Assembly (NCBI GenBank): GCA_013265495.1
Contig: MU058374.1
Location: forward strand, 9,985-51,454
Reading direction: 5' to 3'
DNA length: 41,470 nucleotides
DNA from: Vicugna vicugna
Lineage: Eukaryota
Part shown: piece after piece, positions 21,416 through 33,214 of the stretch
How positions within the stretch are numbered: the stretch's first letter is position 1
Layout: each line of letters starts with the position of its first letter
Made by a program: the position numbers and the translations under genes
Notes under the pieces: generated by a model
The model's database searches: none
What the model was told of the DNA's origin: nothing
What the model saw: only the letters and a program-made list of their open reading frames with translations

Positions 21416-22684
21416 TTTTCACTGAGATCAGGGCCTACCCAGCTTCTGATCTAACTACTGCCCAGATTCCCGCAGCAATCCCGCCCCAGGTCAAGGTGAC
21501 TGTATCCTCCGAGTCCTGTCTCCTGGGATTCTCATGCCCATCATAATCAGACCTGATCCCAGGCTGCCAGCATAGGGCAGCATTGCAGCATGCTGTCTCT
21601 GCTCAGAGCAGTAGGTCCAGCCTGGGAAGTCTGGGTCTGTGTCCCTGGTGGGATCCCTTCTGGCCATGCTGGGCATGGGTGTCTGGAGACTGTTGTCTCT
21701 GCCAGCACAGCTCCTGGCATCCTCCTTCAGGAGGCTCCCAACACTTTGGGGCTCCTGTAGCTCTTTCTCTGCCCTTTGTGCAGCCTGGAGGCACTAGAAA
21801 ATGGTCTTGACTTGGTGCACAATCTCCTCATCTGTAAAATGGGAAAAACTGTGCTGTGTTGCAGGGCTTGGCTTAGGGTTGTAGGGTGGGGGCAGGAGAT
21901 ATTTAAACAACTTCCACCATGGCCTTCTTTAGGGAGTGGGCTGGGCTGGGAGGTGATGTCATCTGGTGGGGTTTGGGGGGGTGTTAAGGGAGTGGGCAAA
22001 TGCGGTGTGAGGGGTTGTGTTTCTGGACTTGTAACCTGCTGATGTAGACTGTGGCTATGAGGATGTGCACCGGGGTCTCTGCTCCAAGCTTTGGCTGGCT
22101 GTGTGGTCCTGAAGACAGGGCTGATCTGGGCATGAGCGCACCTCATTCTTGAAGAGGCTCAGTGCCTTTTCCTCTGATTCCTGGAATGGCCCTCCCTTTC
22201 TCCTTCATCATCTTCTAACCCTGCTTGGGCTTCTCAGAAGTTCTTAACAACCTTCTAGGTAGCTCAGGGCCTGACATCAACTTCCCCTGGCCCATGCCAG
22301 CCCCCAACAGCAGTCTTAGCCCCATCTGGGGCTACCCAAATTCCTGCCATCACACCTGAACCTCACACCAGAACAAGTGTCTGTCCCAACATGGCCCTTA
22401 GCAAGGGACTAGGGAAGTGGTCCAGCTTCCAGTAAAGAAGAGTCCCAGCTCAATGGTTCTAGTCCTGGAATCTCAGGGGCTTCAGGGGTCTAGCTCTTGG
22501 CTTCCTCCCCTACAATTCCTTGAGGGCCTTGAATACTGGCCAACCCTACTTTAACCATCTGTGGTCACACACCTCCAAAAGACCATGGCAGATGCAGGTC
22601 CCTCACCCCCCTTAGAAGCTTAGGACCTGAAAAGCCCTGCCAAAGAGCCACAGACTGGCAAAAGAACACTCTGTGACTCCAGTG

Positions 22685-23010
22685 ATCTGGAAATGCACAT
22701 TAAAACAACTTTGAGATATAATTGTTCACTTACCAAAATGAAAAACTTTAGAAATTATTAACACCTAATGTTGGTGGAGATGCAGAGAAACAGTCATGAT
22801 TTTCTCTTGGAAATGTAAATTGGTTCTAAAAACTGCTTTCAAAGACCATTTTGGAAATATGTATTAAAATATTTAAATCATGCATTCCTCTCTAATCATT
22901 TATCATAAAAATAATTGCGTAAGACCCAAAATGCATATATGACTACTTTTATAGTGGCATAAAAAAAGTCCATCAGGAAGTGACCGGTTAAATAATGACA
23001 TGTGCATGGG
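22685..23010 (+). mobile_element. Old L1M ORF2-end fragment
   Basis: 'ggaaatgcacattaaaacaac...aatgttggtggagatgcagagaaac...aatgtaaattggt'. Confidence 0.7.
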
Positions 23011-23099
23011 AGAGAACTGTCATCAGGGGAAAAAAATTAAGGAAACAGAAAATGAATGCACAGCCAGAAAAGGGCTCACATTAAAATGATCATTTACTT

Positions 23100-23270
23100 A
23101 CTAATTAATTCATTGGTATAACTTTAACTAACATTTATTGAACATTGAGACATGTTAGGCATTGTTCTGGACACAGGAAATAAAATCTTAAATGAGATAT
23201 ACCCTATCTTTCTTTTCATGAGTCTTACCACTCTATGGGGAGACAGATAATAAACAAATGAAAATAAAAT
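23100..23270 (-). mobile_element. L2 3' end fragment
   Basis: 'aacatttattgaacatt...taggcattgttctggacacagg...tcatgagtcttaccactctatggggagacagataataaacaa'. Confidence 0.75.
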
Positions 23271-23384
23271 AATTTCATGTATGATCCTTTTGTCAGCTTG
23301 TATGTAAAAATTATAAGTGAACAGAGAAAATGACAGGAAGAGAAACATCATAAGATAAACAGTCATTTCATGTTGGTGGTTAAC

Positions 23385-23750
23385 AGTTAGCATTTCTGTT
23401 ACTAATAACTGAAAACTTTACTGCAGGAGCTGAACAAGTCAATGGTTGAACTGTCTCATTTGTCCTGTGTCCAGGGCTGAGAAAGCCGACCACTGTCATC
23501 TGGCAGCACTGCCATCTGGGGTGAGGCTGTCAGTCTCTGCTTGGCTCCTCAAGGTCACATGGCAGCCTCTTCTGGATCTGCTGTCCACATTCCAGGTCTG
23601 AAGAAAGAACGGGGAAGGCGGAAGGGAAAAGTCTTTCTCCTGGGGTCTTTACCTTTTTATCATCCAGGATCAGAGCTTCAGACAATGTATTTGTTCAGAG
23701 AGGGCCACGTGGCAGCTTTTAGCTGCAGGAGGGTGGGGGAGAACATGGAG
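23385..23750. mobile_element. MLT1-like LTR remnant
   Basis: 'ggtcacatggcagc...ccacattccagg...gggccacgtggcagcttttagctgcaggagggtggggga'. Confidence 0.5.
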
Positions 23751-24019
23751 GTGGTGTCAGAAGTGATCGTTATTTTCTTCTCCATGTTTTGTGGCATTTT
23801 CTAAATCAGTCAAGGCATTAAAAAGAGGTTTTATGTAGAGGAAACCAAGAGCTTTCTACATTTTAAGAAATAGGGGAGGGGTGGTGTATTGCATTCTTTT
23901 AAGGCCTGGCAGGTTGACAGAATCTGGCAGACAGAAAAAAGTCACAGAGCCCTGGGTGACACTGATGTGCCTCTTTTATGGAGAGCAGTACATAGGCTTC
24001 AGTGGCTGCGGTAGAAAGT

Positions 24020-26075
24020 CTCAGCTGAGCAGTAGCCCAGCCTCTCTTAGGTTATGACCCTGAATCATCATCAAGTGGAGCTAAACCTTCTGAGATTTGC
24101 CCCTTTCCTCATGAGACTAAGTCCTCTGTACAGGGGAGAAAATTTCCTTTGGCCTGCCTGAGAATAAAATATTTTCTTTACCGTCTGTATAGCATCGTTT
24201 CTCAGGTGGGCAGTAGACCAGCCTCTCAAAGATGATTTCCAATAATCCCGATCAGGTGGAGCCAAATCTCACAAGGTTTGTCCCTCTTCTCCTGAGACTA
24301 AGTCCCCTGTACAGAGGAGAGTAATCCCTCTGGCACTCCTGAAGTTAAAACCTTTTCTTTACTGTCTGCATGGCGTCCCTCCTCAAGCAAAAAGCAGCCC
24401 AGCATCTCACAGGTGATCACCCCTAATCTTGATCAGGTGGAGCAAAATTGTGTGAGTTTTTCCACTTTTCTCTCAAGACTGAGTCTTCTGTTCAGAAGAG
24501 AGAAACCTTTTTGAGCCACTGAGAATAAGAGCTTTACTTCACTGTCTGTATGACTTCCTTTCTCAGGCCAGAATTAGCCTCTCAGGTGATCACCGAGAAT
24601 AACCTTTAGGTGGAGCCAAACCTCGTGAGATTTGCCCCTTGTTTTCCTGAGACTGTGTCCCCTGATCAGGGTAGAGAATCCCTTCAGCCCTTTTGAGAAT
24701 AATATCATTTCTTTACATTATGTATGGCTGGCCCTCTCAGGCGAGCAGTAGCCCAGTCTGTGACAGGTGATCCCCAATAATCCTTATCACGTGGAGCCAG
24801 ATCTTGAGAGAGGCCCCAGTTTTCTCAAGAGACTAAGTCTCCAGATCATGGGAGATAACTCCCTTTGGCACTCCTTAGGATGAAAGCTTTTCCTTACTGT
24901 CTGTATGCCTTACCTACTCGGGCGAGGAGTAGCCCAGCCTCTCTCAGGTTATCACCAAGAATCCTCTCCATGTGGGGCCAAGTCTCATGAGAGTTGCCAC
25001 TTTTCACATGGATTCTTGCTGCTCCTATATGGGAAAGTCATGTCCCTTATTGGAAATGAGTCCTGTCCTTTATCTGAAGGGAAGAATGGACTCCATCTTC
25101 AGATGGTGCCCTGTTTCACTCCTGAGACCAATCCTATCCTCTACGACTTTTGCACTCAGAGGAGCGTGAATCCAGCTACCCTTGGCTCAGTAAACACATA
25201 TTGTCTCACAGAAGCCTCAGCAATTTCATGCGATTTGCACCTTTTCTCACTATACTTAGTCCCCTGTTCAGGGGGGAGTAATCCCTCGGCCCTCTGGAGA
25301 ATAAAAGCTTTTCTTTACTGTCTGGGTATCCTCCCTTCTCAGGCGAGCTGTAGCCCAGCCTCTCTCAGGTGGTCATCCTGAAACCTCTTAAGGTCTCATG
25401 AGATTTGCTCCTCTTCGTGCTGAATTCAGGCCTCTCCTCTGGTGTAAAATCATTCCCCTTATTGGAAATCAGGTCGGTTCTTTTTCTGAAGGGATGAAAG
25501 GGCTCCATCGCCAGATGGTGGTATTCATAGCTCCGGAGACAAGACCTATCCTGTAAGGATGCATTTTCTTCTCACATGATCATGAATCCAGTCTGACTCA
25601 TCTCAGTGAGCACACATCCTCTCACAGAAGCCCCAGCTGTCTCAGGAGAGCTGCCCCTTTTCTCAAAAGCCTGAGTCCCCTGTTCAAGCAAGAGAAATCC
25701 CTTTGGCTCTCCTGAGTGTTAAAGCTTTTCTTTCCTGTCTGTGTGCCTTCATTTCTCAGGCCAGCTGTAGCCCAGTTTCTCAGGTGATCACCCTGAATCC
25801 TCTTTAGTTGGAGGCAAATCTTGCAAGATTTGCACCTTTTCTCACAAGACTTAAGTCCCTAGTTCAGGGGAGAAAAATTCCTATGGCATCCCTGAGAATA
25901 AAAGTTGTTCTTTACTTTTTGTGTGGCTTCCCTTCTCAGGCCAGCAGTCGCCCAGGCTGCCACAGGTGATCACCCCTTATCCTAATCAGGTGGTGTGAAA
26001 TCACATGATTTGCCCCTCTTCTCACAAGTCTAATTCCTGTTCAGGGGAGAAGAGTCCCTTTGGCCCTCCTGAGAA
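24020..26075. repeat. Diverged tandem satellite, ~180 bp monomer, with two ~240 bp interspersed B blocks
   Basis: Anchor 'gagactaagtcc'-like motif at 24113, 24294, 24475, 24649, 24829, 25251, 25667, 25846, 26026 (spacings 181, 181, 174, 180, 422, 416, 179, 180). B block 'cccttattggaaat...tctgaagggaag...ctccatc..cagatggtg...cctatcct...ctcacagaagcc' at ~25035-25215 and ~25448-25635. Confidence 0.92.
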
Positions 26076-26084
26076 ACAATCTTT

Positions 26085-27513
26085 TGGATCAATGGAATAG
26101 AATGGAGAGCCCAGAAATGAACCCACAAACTTTTGGTCAATTAATCTTTGACAAAGGAGGCAATGGAATAAAGACAGTCTCTTCAGCAAATGGTGTTGGG
26201 AAAACTGGGCAGCAGAATGTAAATCAATGAAGTTAGAACACTCCCTCACACTATACACAAAAGTAAACTCAAAATGGGTTAAAGACTTAAACATATGACA
26301 AGACAAAATAAACCTCCTTGAAGAAAACACAGGCAAAACATTATTTCACATATATCTCAGCAATGTTCTCCTAGGGCAGTCTACCCAAACAATAGAAATA
26401 AAAGCAAAAATAAGCACATGGGATGTAATTAAACTTACAAGGTTTTGCACAGCAAAGGAAAACATAAGCAAAACAAAATGATAACCTTCGGAATGGGAGA
26501 AAATATTTGCAAAGGATGAAACTACAAGGACTTGATCTCCAGAATATATAAAAAGATCATATGATTTAATAAANNNNNNNNNNNNNNNNNNNNNNNNNNN
26601 NNNACAAGCAATTCTCCAATGAAGACATATGAATGATCAAGAGGCACATGAAAAAATGATCAATATCACTAATTATCAGAGAAATGCAAATCAAAACTAG
26701 AATGAGATATCACCTCACACCAGTCAGGATGGCCACCACTCAAAAGTCCGCAAATGATAAATGCTGGAGAATGTGTGAAGAAAAGAGTACCCTCCTACAA
26801 TGTTGGTGGGAATGCAGTTTGGTGCAGCAACTGGAAAACAGTATGGGGATTCCTCAAAAGACTAGGAATAAACTTACCATATGACCCAGCAAACCCACTT
26901 CTGGGCATATATCCAGATGGAACCCTAATTCAAAAAGACACCTGCAACCCCATGTTCACAGCAGCACTATTTACAATAGCCAAGACATGGAAACAGCCTA
27001 AATATCCACTTACAGATGACTGGACAAAGAAGATGTAGTATATTTATACAATGGAATACTATTCAGTCCTAAAAATGACAACATAATACCATTTGCTGTA
27101 ATATGGGTTCCCTGGAGAATGTCATTCTAAGTGAAGTAAGCCAGATAGGGAAAGAAAAATATATGATATGTGGAATCTAAAAAAAAAAAGAAGAAGACAA
27201 CAAGTAAACTTAAATACAAAAACAGAAGCAGACTCACAGACATAGAACACAAACTTGTGGTTGCCTTGGGGGAAGGTTGTGGGAGGGATAGACTGGGAGT
27301 CTGAGATGTGTAGATACTGAGAGGTATATATAAAATACATAAGCAAGCTTATGCTGTATAGTACAGAGAAATATTTTCAAGATCTAGTAGCTCTTGGTGA
27401 AACAGAACAGGAAAATGGATATATGTATATTAATTTATGACTGAAAAATTGTGCTGTATACCAGAAATTGACACAGCATTGTAAACTGACTATAACTCAA
27501 TAAAAAGAAAATA
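26085..27513 (+). mobile_element. 5'-truncated L1 (ORF2 3' part plus 3'UTR), contains an N gap
   Basis: ORFs [17 protein letters not shown]... and ...[14 protein letters not shown]...MFTAALFTIAKTWKQPKYP match L1 ORF2. Ends 'gactataactcaataaaaagaaaataaa'. Confidence 0.95.
26574..26603. other. Assembly gap (N run)
   Basis: Run of n. Confidence 1.
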
Positions 27514-27594
27514 AATTCAAAAAGCCTTTTTTCCTCTCCCCTTTCAGGTTCAAAAAAATTCAAAAAGCCTCTTTTTTCCCCCCCTTTCAGGTTC

Positions 27595-28600
27595 TGTTAA
27601 TTAAGCCAAGTGTGTAGTCTTAGGTGATGAGGGCTGTGTATACATTTCTAGGACATGATAATAGCTCTAACTTGAATTTTTCTCCTAGGAATAGTTTTCT
27701 TCTCTCGGGGTCAGCATTTTGAAAAGATGTCTGATCAAGTCAGCTTTCTCTACAGTTTTGGAATGTCGAAAGAGGTCCATCCTGGCATTTCAGTGTGGAG
27801 TTCTTGCCAGCATTGGCAAGAGAAGAAGCCAGTCAGAGATCCATCAAGTGGCTGCCTCTCCAGGAGCCGTTCAGCTTTTGAGCTACAGTTTCTCATCATT
27901 AATTTGGTGTCCTAAATCAGCTATGATCTGAAAAACTTTCTGAGGGCCTAGTGATGGATCCAAAGTGTGCTGCTTCTGAGTCTAGCTCCCTAAGGAGTTC
28001 TTCTTGGGTCTGTTGGACTCTCTAATCTGTCCCTCTCCAGCAGGAACTGCTGGGGGGATTTGGAGCACTAGGTGATCAGCCTTATGGTGCCCACTGTCCA
28101 GCAGAATTGACATAATTTTGCTATCATGGGATCCCCTGCAGGAACACTACCCATCAAGAGGACAGATCCGCAGACATTCCACTGGGTTCTCAGTTGCCAG
28201 AGAATGCCCTGTGGCCAGAAAAAGCAGATTCCTTTTCTTCAGAGATGAGCATACTCAGTCCCTCATGTAACCAGCAAAGAGTTTGTTCAGACCATATGTA
28301 CATAATCTTCCCAGTTCAAGCCTAATATTGAAAAAGGACAGCCAACCCACTTCCTTCCAAATTTCCCCCTAGGTCCCTGCGTAGGAAATGTACCAATACC
28401 CTCCCAGGACTCCAAGTTCCAACAAAAACAGCTCCAGTACAATTCAGGACATTATTTAAAGCAATGACATCCTGATATCAGGAGACTCACCAAAGCACCT
28501 AGAAAGACCAAGAAGCAGGTGGCATTAGAAAGACCTGTGCTGGTACCACGCTGCAGTCTGGGGTAGGCTCCATCTGTCCCCTGGTGGTGTTTCTAGACTA
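27595..28600 (-). mobile_element. Possible ERV1/MER4-group internal (leader-like) remnant
   Basis: Composition and a minus-strand 'ggtgagtctcc' donor-like site (~28481-28491) recall non-coding ERV internal sequence. No gag/pol peptide recognised. Confidence 0.3.
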
Positions 28601-29901
28601 TCTGAAGAATAATACTTTTCTCTCTGAATAAGAACACAGAATTCTAGAAAACACACCATCTACAATCAAAGAGAGGAATCATTTCTCCTGCAGTCATCTC
28701 CCCTGTACCCAGGACTGGGGAGACAGTGCTGGCCTTCCCAAGGCCAGGATGAGCTGGCTAACACACCCTGTCTCTCTCCAGCTTCCTCTCACTGTCAACC
28801 CTGGCAGTTTCCTTCCTGGCCTTTTTGTCTTGATCTCTGAGTCTCTGTTTGTCTCTTTTGCTCCCTGTCAGTGTGTCTTTGTCACAGTGTCTCTCTGTTT
28901 CTCTCACTCCCCTTTCTCTCATTTGCTCTTCTTGCCTCATCTTTGCTGTGGTCGATGCTTGATGAACATGCCTCTGCCTCTCCCAGGTCCCCACAGGCAT
29001 GGCTGTTTCATAAAACACAATCACTGGCAAATGCCTCTGTCAAAAATTCACTAAACCCAGATGACAGTAATTAAAATCCCATGCTGCCTGGGAAAGACTC
29101 ATTGGGAGTGGCCTCTTGGTGGATACAGGCCACAGCCACTTCTAGGTCAGGAGCCCCTTCTGTACTCCATCCCCATCTTTCAGTCACAGGTTGTTGTCTT
29201 CAACAGTGAGATGATGTGCTGGCTGCCTCACTATCAGAGACAAAGGGTAGTAGGTTTTTTTGTTCATTTGTTTGTTTGTTTAAGTCATTTCTGAGTGTTT
29301 TGTGTGGAAAATTTGGTGCATCAGGAAAAAATTTTAATAGAGAAAGACAATATCTTACAAAGCATTGTAAATTACAGTGATCCCTTGTTTTAACTATCTT
29401 CTATTATGATTTGAAGACTGCTAACGAGGCATGTTTGTACCAAAAAAAAAAAAGCACATAAAAATCCCGAGGACAAACAATGTATTCTCAAAGAGCATAT
29501 GCCTTTGCTGGAGCCAATCTGAGATTCACCTGCAATTACATATTCAAAATTTAAACAGTGCATAGCAGAATGTCATGAAATAAGCATTTCTCCTTCTTCC
29601 GTCAGCTTCCCTTCCTAGTGCAAAATTTATCACAGGACCCCGCCAAAACAAAAAGCCACCAAGCCTTTTAATGATTAGAATTTTCAAATATTTGAGTGTC
29701 TATGGTAACTGCTCAAAATGAATTTTTAAATGCTCATTGAACTGAGAGTAACCTTGCTTCTCTAAAAGACGGCCTGTTGCTGGAAAAGAGTACCACCAAC
29801 AGGAAACACACACACACTGTTCAGAAGGCCCTCGAGGTGCAAAAATGTCAAAAGGTGGCAATGTCTTTCTAATTTTGAATAGATGTTAGTATGTCACAAC
29901 T

Positions 29902-29920
29902 TGCCCTCCAGGGGGCGCTC
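29902..29920 (+). promoter_or_regulatory. CTCF-binding motif
   Basis: TGCCCTCCAGGGGGCGCTC closely matches the CTCF core CC(A/T)CCAGGGGGCGC, with the CpG intact. Confidence 0.7.
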
Positions 29921-30039
29921 TGAGAGTTAGTAATTGTCATTTCTGTCAATAAAGTATTGAAATGCTCAAAGGTAACCTTGAGCCTTTTGGATCTGATCCT
30001 ACCCCTTATGTCTCTTAAGAAGTGCTATCTGAATACGCT

Positions 30040-30735
30040 CTCCAGGCGGCTGGTGGTCGAGGGACATCATGCGGTTTCCGCACCCACCATCTATGCGTAA
30101 CCAGAGCCCAAAGGCAACATCACAGCTCTGGACACATCAATGGGAGACTTGAGCCCTGGGGCCCCGACTTTGTGGCTCCTCTCAGGCGGCCGCCCGGTCC
30201 AGAGCCCGCGAGCCTCGGGGCAAGTGGCCAAGTCCGGGGCCCGCAGCCCCAGGCCAGGGCCCGCCCCGCCCCCACCGCCACCGCAGGCGCCCGAGGGGAC
30301 GGCCCCCGCTGCCCTGTGGGCCCGGGGCGCGAGCAGGAGGGACGCCCTCCATGCAACGCCCGCCTTCGTGGCCCGAGCCCAACGGCCTTACGCTGCCGAC
30401 AGCGGAACGGCTGCTACTGGTAGCGGCAGCCCCGGAGCCGAGGACCCGGGTAGGATCGCGGCCTGGCAGCTGGAGAGTCGGGCCCCTTGCTGGTGCGCTG
30501 GCCCGCGGGGAGGAGCGACAGAGAGGGCTGCACTTACCAGCCTCTGTCCTTCTCCCCGGCCGCTGGGAGGGTCACATGGTCAGTGACCCACTCAGTCTTC
30601 AACTTCCTTGTCACGACCCAGGGCCTCCCAGGAACCCACCCAGTTCAGGGCTGAATCCCCTTCCCCGCAACCCTCACACCTGCCTCCGCTCACGCCTGCG
30701 CACTGGCTCCTGGGGGAGGGGGACTGGGGGCGGCT
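30040..30735 (-). promoter_or_regulatory. CpG island with first-exon-like segment(s) on the minus strand; parent gene unidentified
   Basis: Dense CpG and GC boxes (ggggcggggcgggc on minus). Minus-strand donors CAGC|gtaagg (~30391) and CTG|gtaagt (~30537). Confidence 0.6.
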
Positions 30736-31509
30736 CCCAGCCTCAGGACTGCTGCAGGGATAGCCATGTTTATTTTTCATTTACTGAAAGTATTTCACTT
30801 GGGATCAAATGTAGAAGAAATACGTGGTAAGATTTCTTGTCCAAAACATAATTTAATGACTACAGAGTCTGCCTTTGTAAGATTTCCTTAGTGACCATTA
30901 TTTGGATCCCATCAACTGACCTGAGTCAAACAGCAGGTACCAAAATTGTTCAGTAGTGTATTTTCCTTGCGTCATCAGTCAGTAATGCATTTGACCGTGT
31001 GGAGTTTTATTGGATGTGAACTATTTTTACTAATAATCACCCTGATGTCTTATGTACCTCTAGGCTGAAAGTGTGGGTGTCCAATAGGCCTAATTTTTGA
31101 TGACACATTTTTTTTTTTTGGCAGATCTCAATTTTTGATCCAGCGATTTGGACATACTGCTTCCCCAAGTTCCCATCCTCCACCTCTGCCCACCTCATCA
31201 GGGAACAGAAGAGGATCTTTCTTCTCTGAGCTGCTTCCAAGGAACAGGCAGATGAAAGCCCCACTGTGGTTCCAGCTGCCTGCCTGGGAAATGAAAGAAT
31301 CTTTGCCTCTAGGAAATCCTGGTTAGAAACTGCATCTCTAATTCCCCTGGGAATGAAGAGACACCGAGCAGAGGGCCTCTATGGTGGGTAAACGAAACCC
31401 AACTCATCTGAAAATCACTCCATCTCCTCCCCTTCTTCTTGGTGTTTAGTGTAGGCAAACAGCCCAGGTCATCACCACATGGCTTTCATTTTTTTTTTTT
31501 TTTACTTAA

Positions 31510-31930
31510 GAAGAGAAAAATGGTCTAAATTAGGACAGAAATTCTCCATATAAATGGTTGACTTCCTAAGGTCTCTTGTAGCTGAAAGTGGCCAGATCAA
31601 CTTCAGGCAGGTTAGAAGTGAGCAATAGGATTGTGTGGACTGTGTGGGTTTGAGGGAGGCTGTTTAGATAGAGTAGATGCAGCTGAGTTGGCCCTTTGAC
31701 CCTTCCTCTTTCCTCCTTGCTGCCTCAGAGGTGAACGCATGGTGGCAGATCAAGTCCCGTGCTCCAGCAGCCATTTTGGAACAAGAGACTGCCTTGAGGA
31801 TGGACACCAGCTAAAAATACTGAAAGGGGCAGAAAGATGGATAATGGCTGACTACCGTGGTGTGCTGTTAACATTATGAACTCTCTACACTTGTAATTAT
31901 TTTCCATGAGAGAGGTAAAACCTTACCACT
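31510..31930 (+). mobile_element. MLT1-type LTR remnant
   Basis: 'cttgtagctgaaagtggcca...ccagcagccattttggaacaagag...gcagaaagatgg...atgagagaggtaaaacctt'. Confidence 0.6.
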
Positions 31931-32864
31931 CTACGCCTGTGGTATTCTGGGTTTCTGCTCTATTAGGGAAATATCGGCATCCAATGAGAGTGGTCCCCTC
32001 CTGCCAAGTCAGACAACCTGAGCTGCCCTGACTCTGTGGACACCCCATCCCCTATCATTCTCTCTACTTATGAGCTACACATCTCAACCTTCTACAGGAT
32101 CTAAGGTAGAAAAGGGATGTTTGAGGATCTGTACTGAATGTGTTTTCTGGGGGCAAATTTGGTTTTACATAGAGACTCTGCAATGATGATTCTTAGTAAC
32201 ATCCTACAAACCAACACTCAGCCTGTGCTCCTAAGCATCAGTGCAGAGCCTCAGCCCAAGCAGGCCTTCCCCTGGGCCCTTGGATCTCTGCTTCATCTGC
32301 TCCCAATTTAAACAGGGGCTTCTGTTTTTCCCCTCCTGGGAAAGCTTGGAATTTCCTTTTAGTGAGGACATATGTTCTCTGCACCGGGGGCTCCAACTCT
32401 GGGTAGAGAGAAGGGAGGTCACTGACCATCATCTCACTCACTAACTCAAAACATGGGACCCCCTTGACCTTACATTGATGGACATATTGGCCCTCCTTCC
32501 TCCCCATTTGCGGTTTAGGGCAAAAGGCAGAGTCCCTTCCCCTGCAGAAGCTGAATGACAGGATGTTAGCCACAGGGGGTCTGGACCAGGGATGAGGCAG
32601 GGAGTCACTGCTGGGGGAGCCTGAGGGGTGGAAGGGCCTGTGCTCATCTCTGAAGCTCTTGACCTGAAGCTCTGACCTTCCTGCAGTTTCCTTGAGCACC
32701 TGATATGTTTTGTCACAAATCTTTCTGCTCATATGATCTCAAGTGGGAGCCGCTGCTGCAGCTAGGGAATTCTGCTGGAGGGAACACATCCAAGGCCTTG
32801 CCTTTAATTTCGTGACATGGCATATTTTTAATATTTAAAATTTATATTTAAAGCAAAATAAACC

Positions 32865-33200
32865 CCATGATAATCAGTCTCCTCATACATTACTCAGACA
32901 GACACAAGAGACTACTATAACATGATATCACCAATAAGAATACCCAGGGGTTGTAAATTCACAGACACATCAGGCACAGCGGGTGCCCCAGCACTGAAGG
33001 GGAGGGGAGGCAGCAGAGCGTGACTGGTACATACTGTACTTTCCTTTGATGAGAATGTTCTGGAATAGACGTTAAAAGGGGTTATTGTAACATTGTCAAT
33101 GTACTTAATGCCAAGTACATTTACAATTTAATCAAAAAATTTAACTTTAAAGTCACTATGTCATAGAATAAATAATTTAGTGTGTGTAATATAACAAATT
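32865..33200 (+). mobile_element. L1MB-like 3' end
   Basis: 'gatgagaatgttctggaatagac...ttgtaacattgtcaatgtacttaatgcca' is an L1MB 3'UTR motif. Confidence 0.7.
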
Positions 33201-33214
33201 TATTTTTTTTTTAA

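Noticed and set aside
21932..21950. G-quadruplex motif GGGAGTGGGCTGGGCTGGG
   Set aside because: Such motifs are common in GC-rich mammalian DNA and no context suggests function.
24020..26075. CRISPR-like array or coding repeat (ORF 24905-25381)
   Set aside because: Eukaryotic context, whole monomers are repeated without unique spacers, and frames are not preserved between monomers.
30022..30830. GC-rich ORFs in the CpG islands (also 11052-11693)
   Set aside because: Low-complexity Pro/Ala/Gly/Arg translations in several frames are typical of CpG islands; no known protein was recognised.
32238..32732. 164-aa minus-strand ORF containing 'ELEPP' as a RALGDS C-terminal exon
   Set aside because: The match is too short and the flanking residues and splice sites do not fit; left unassigned.
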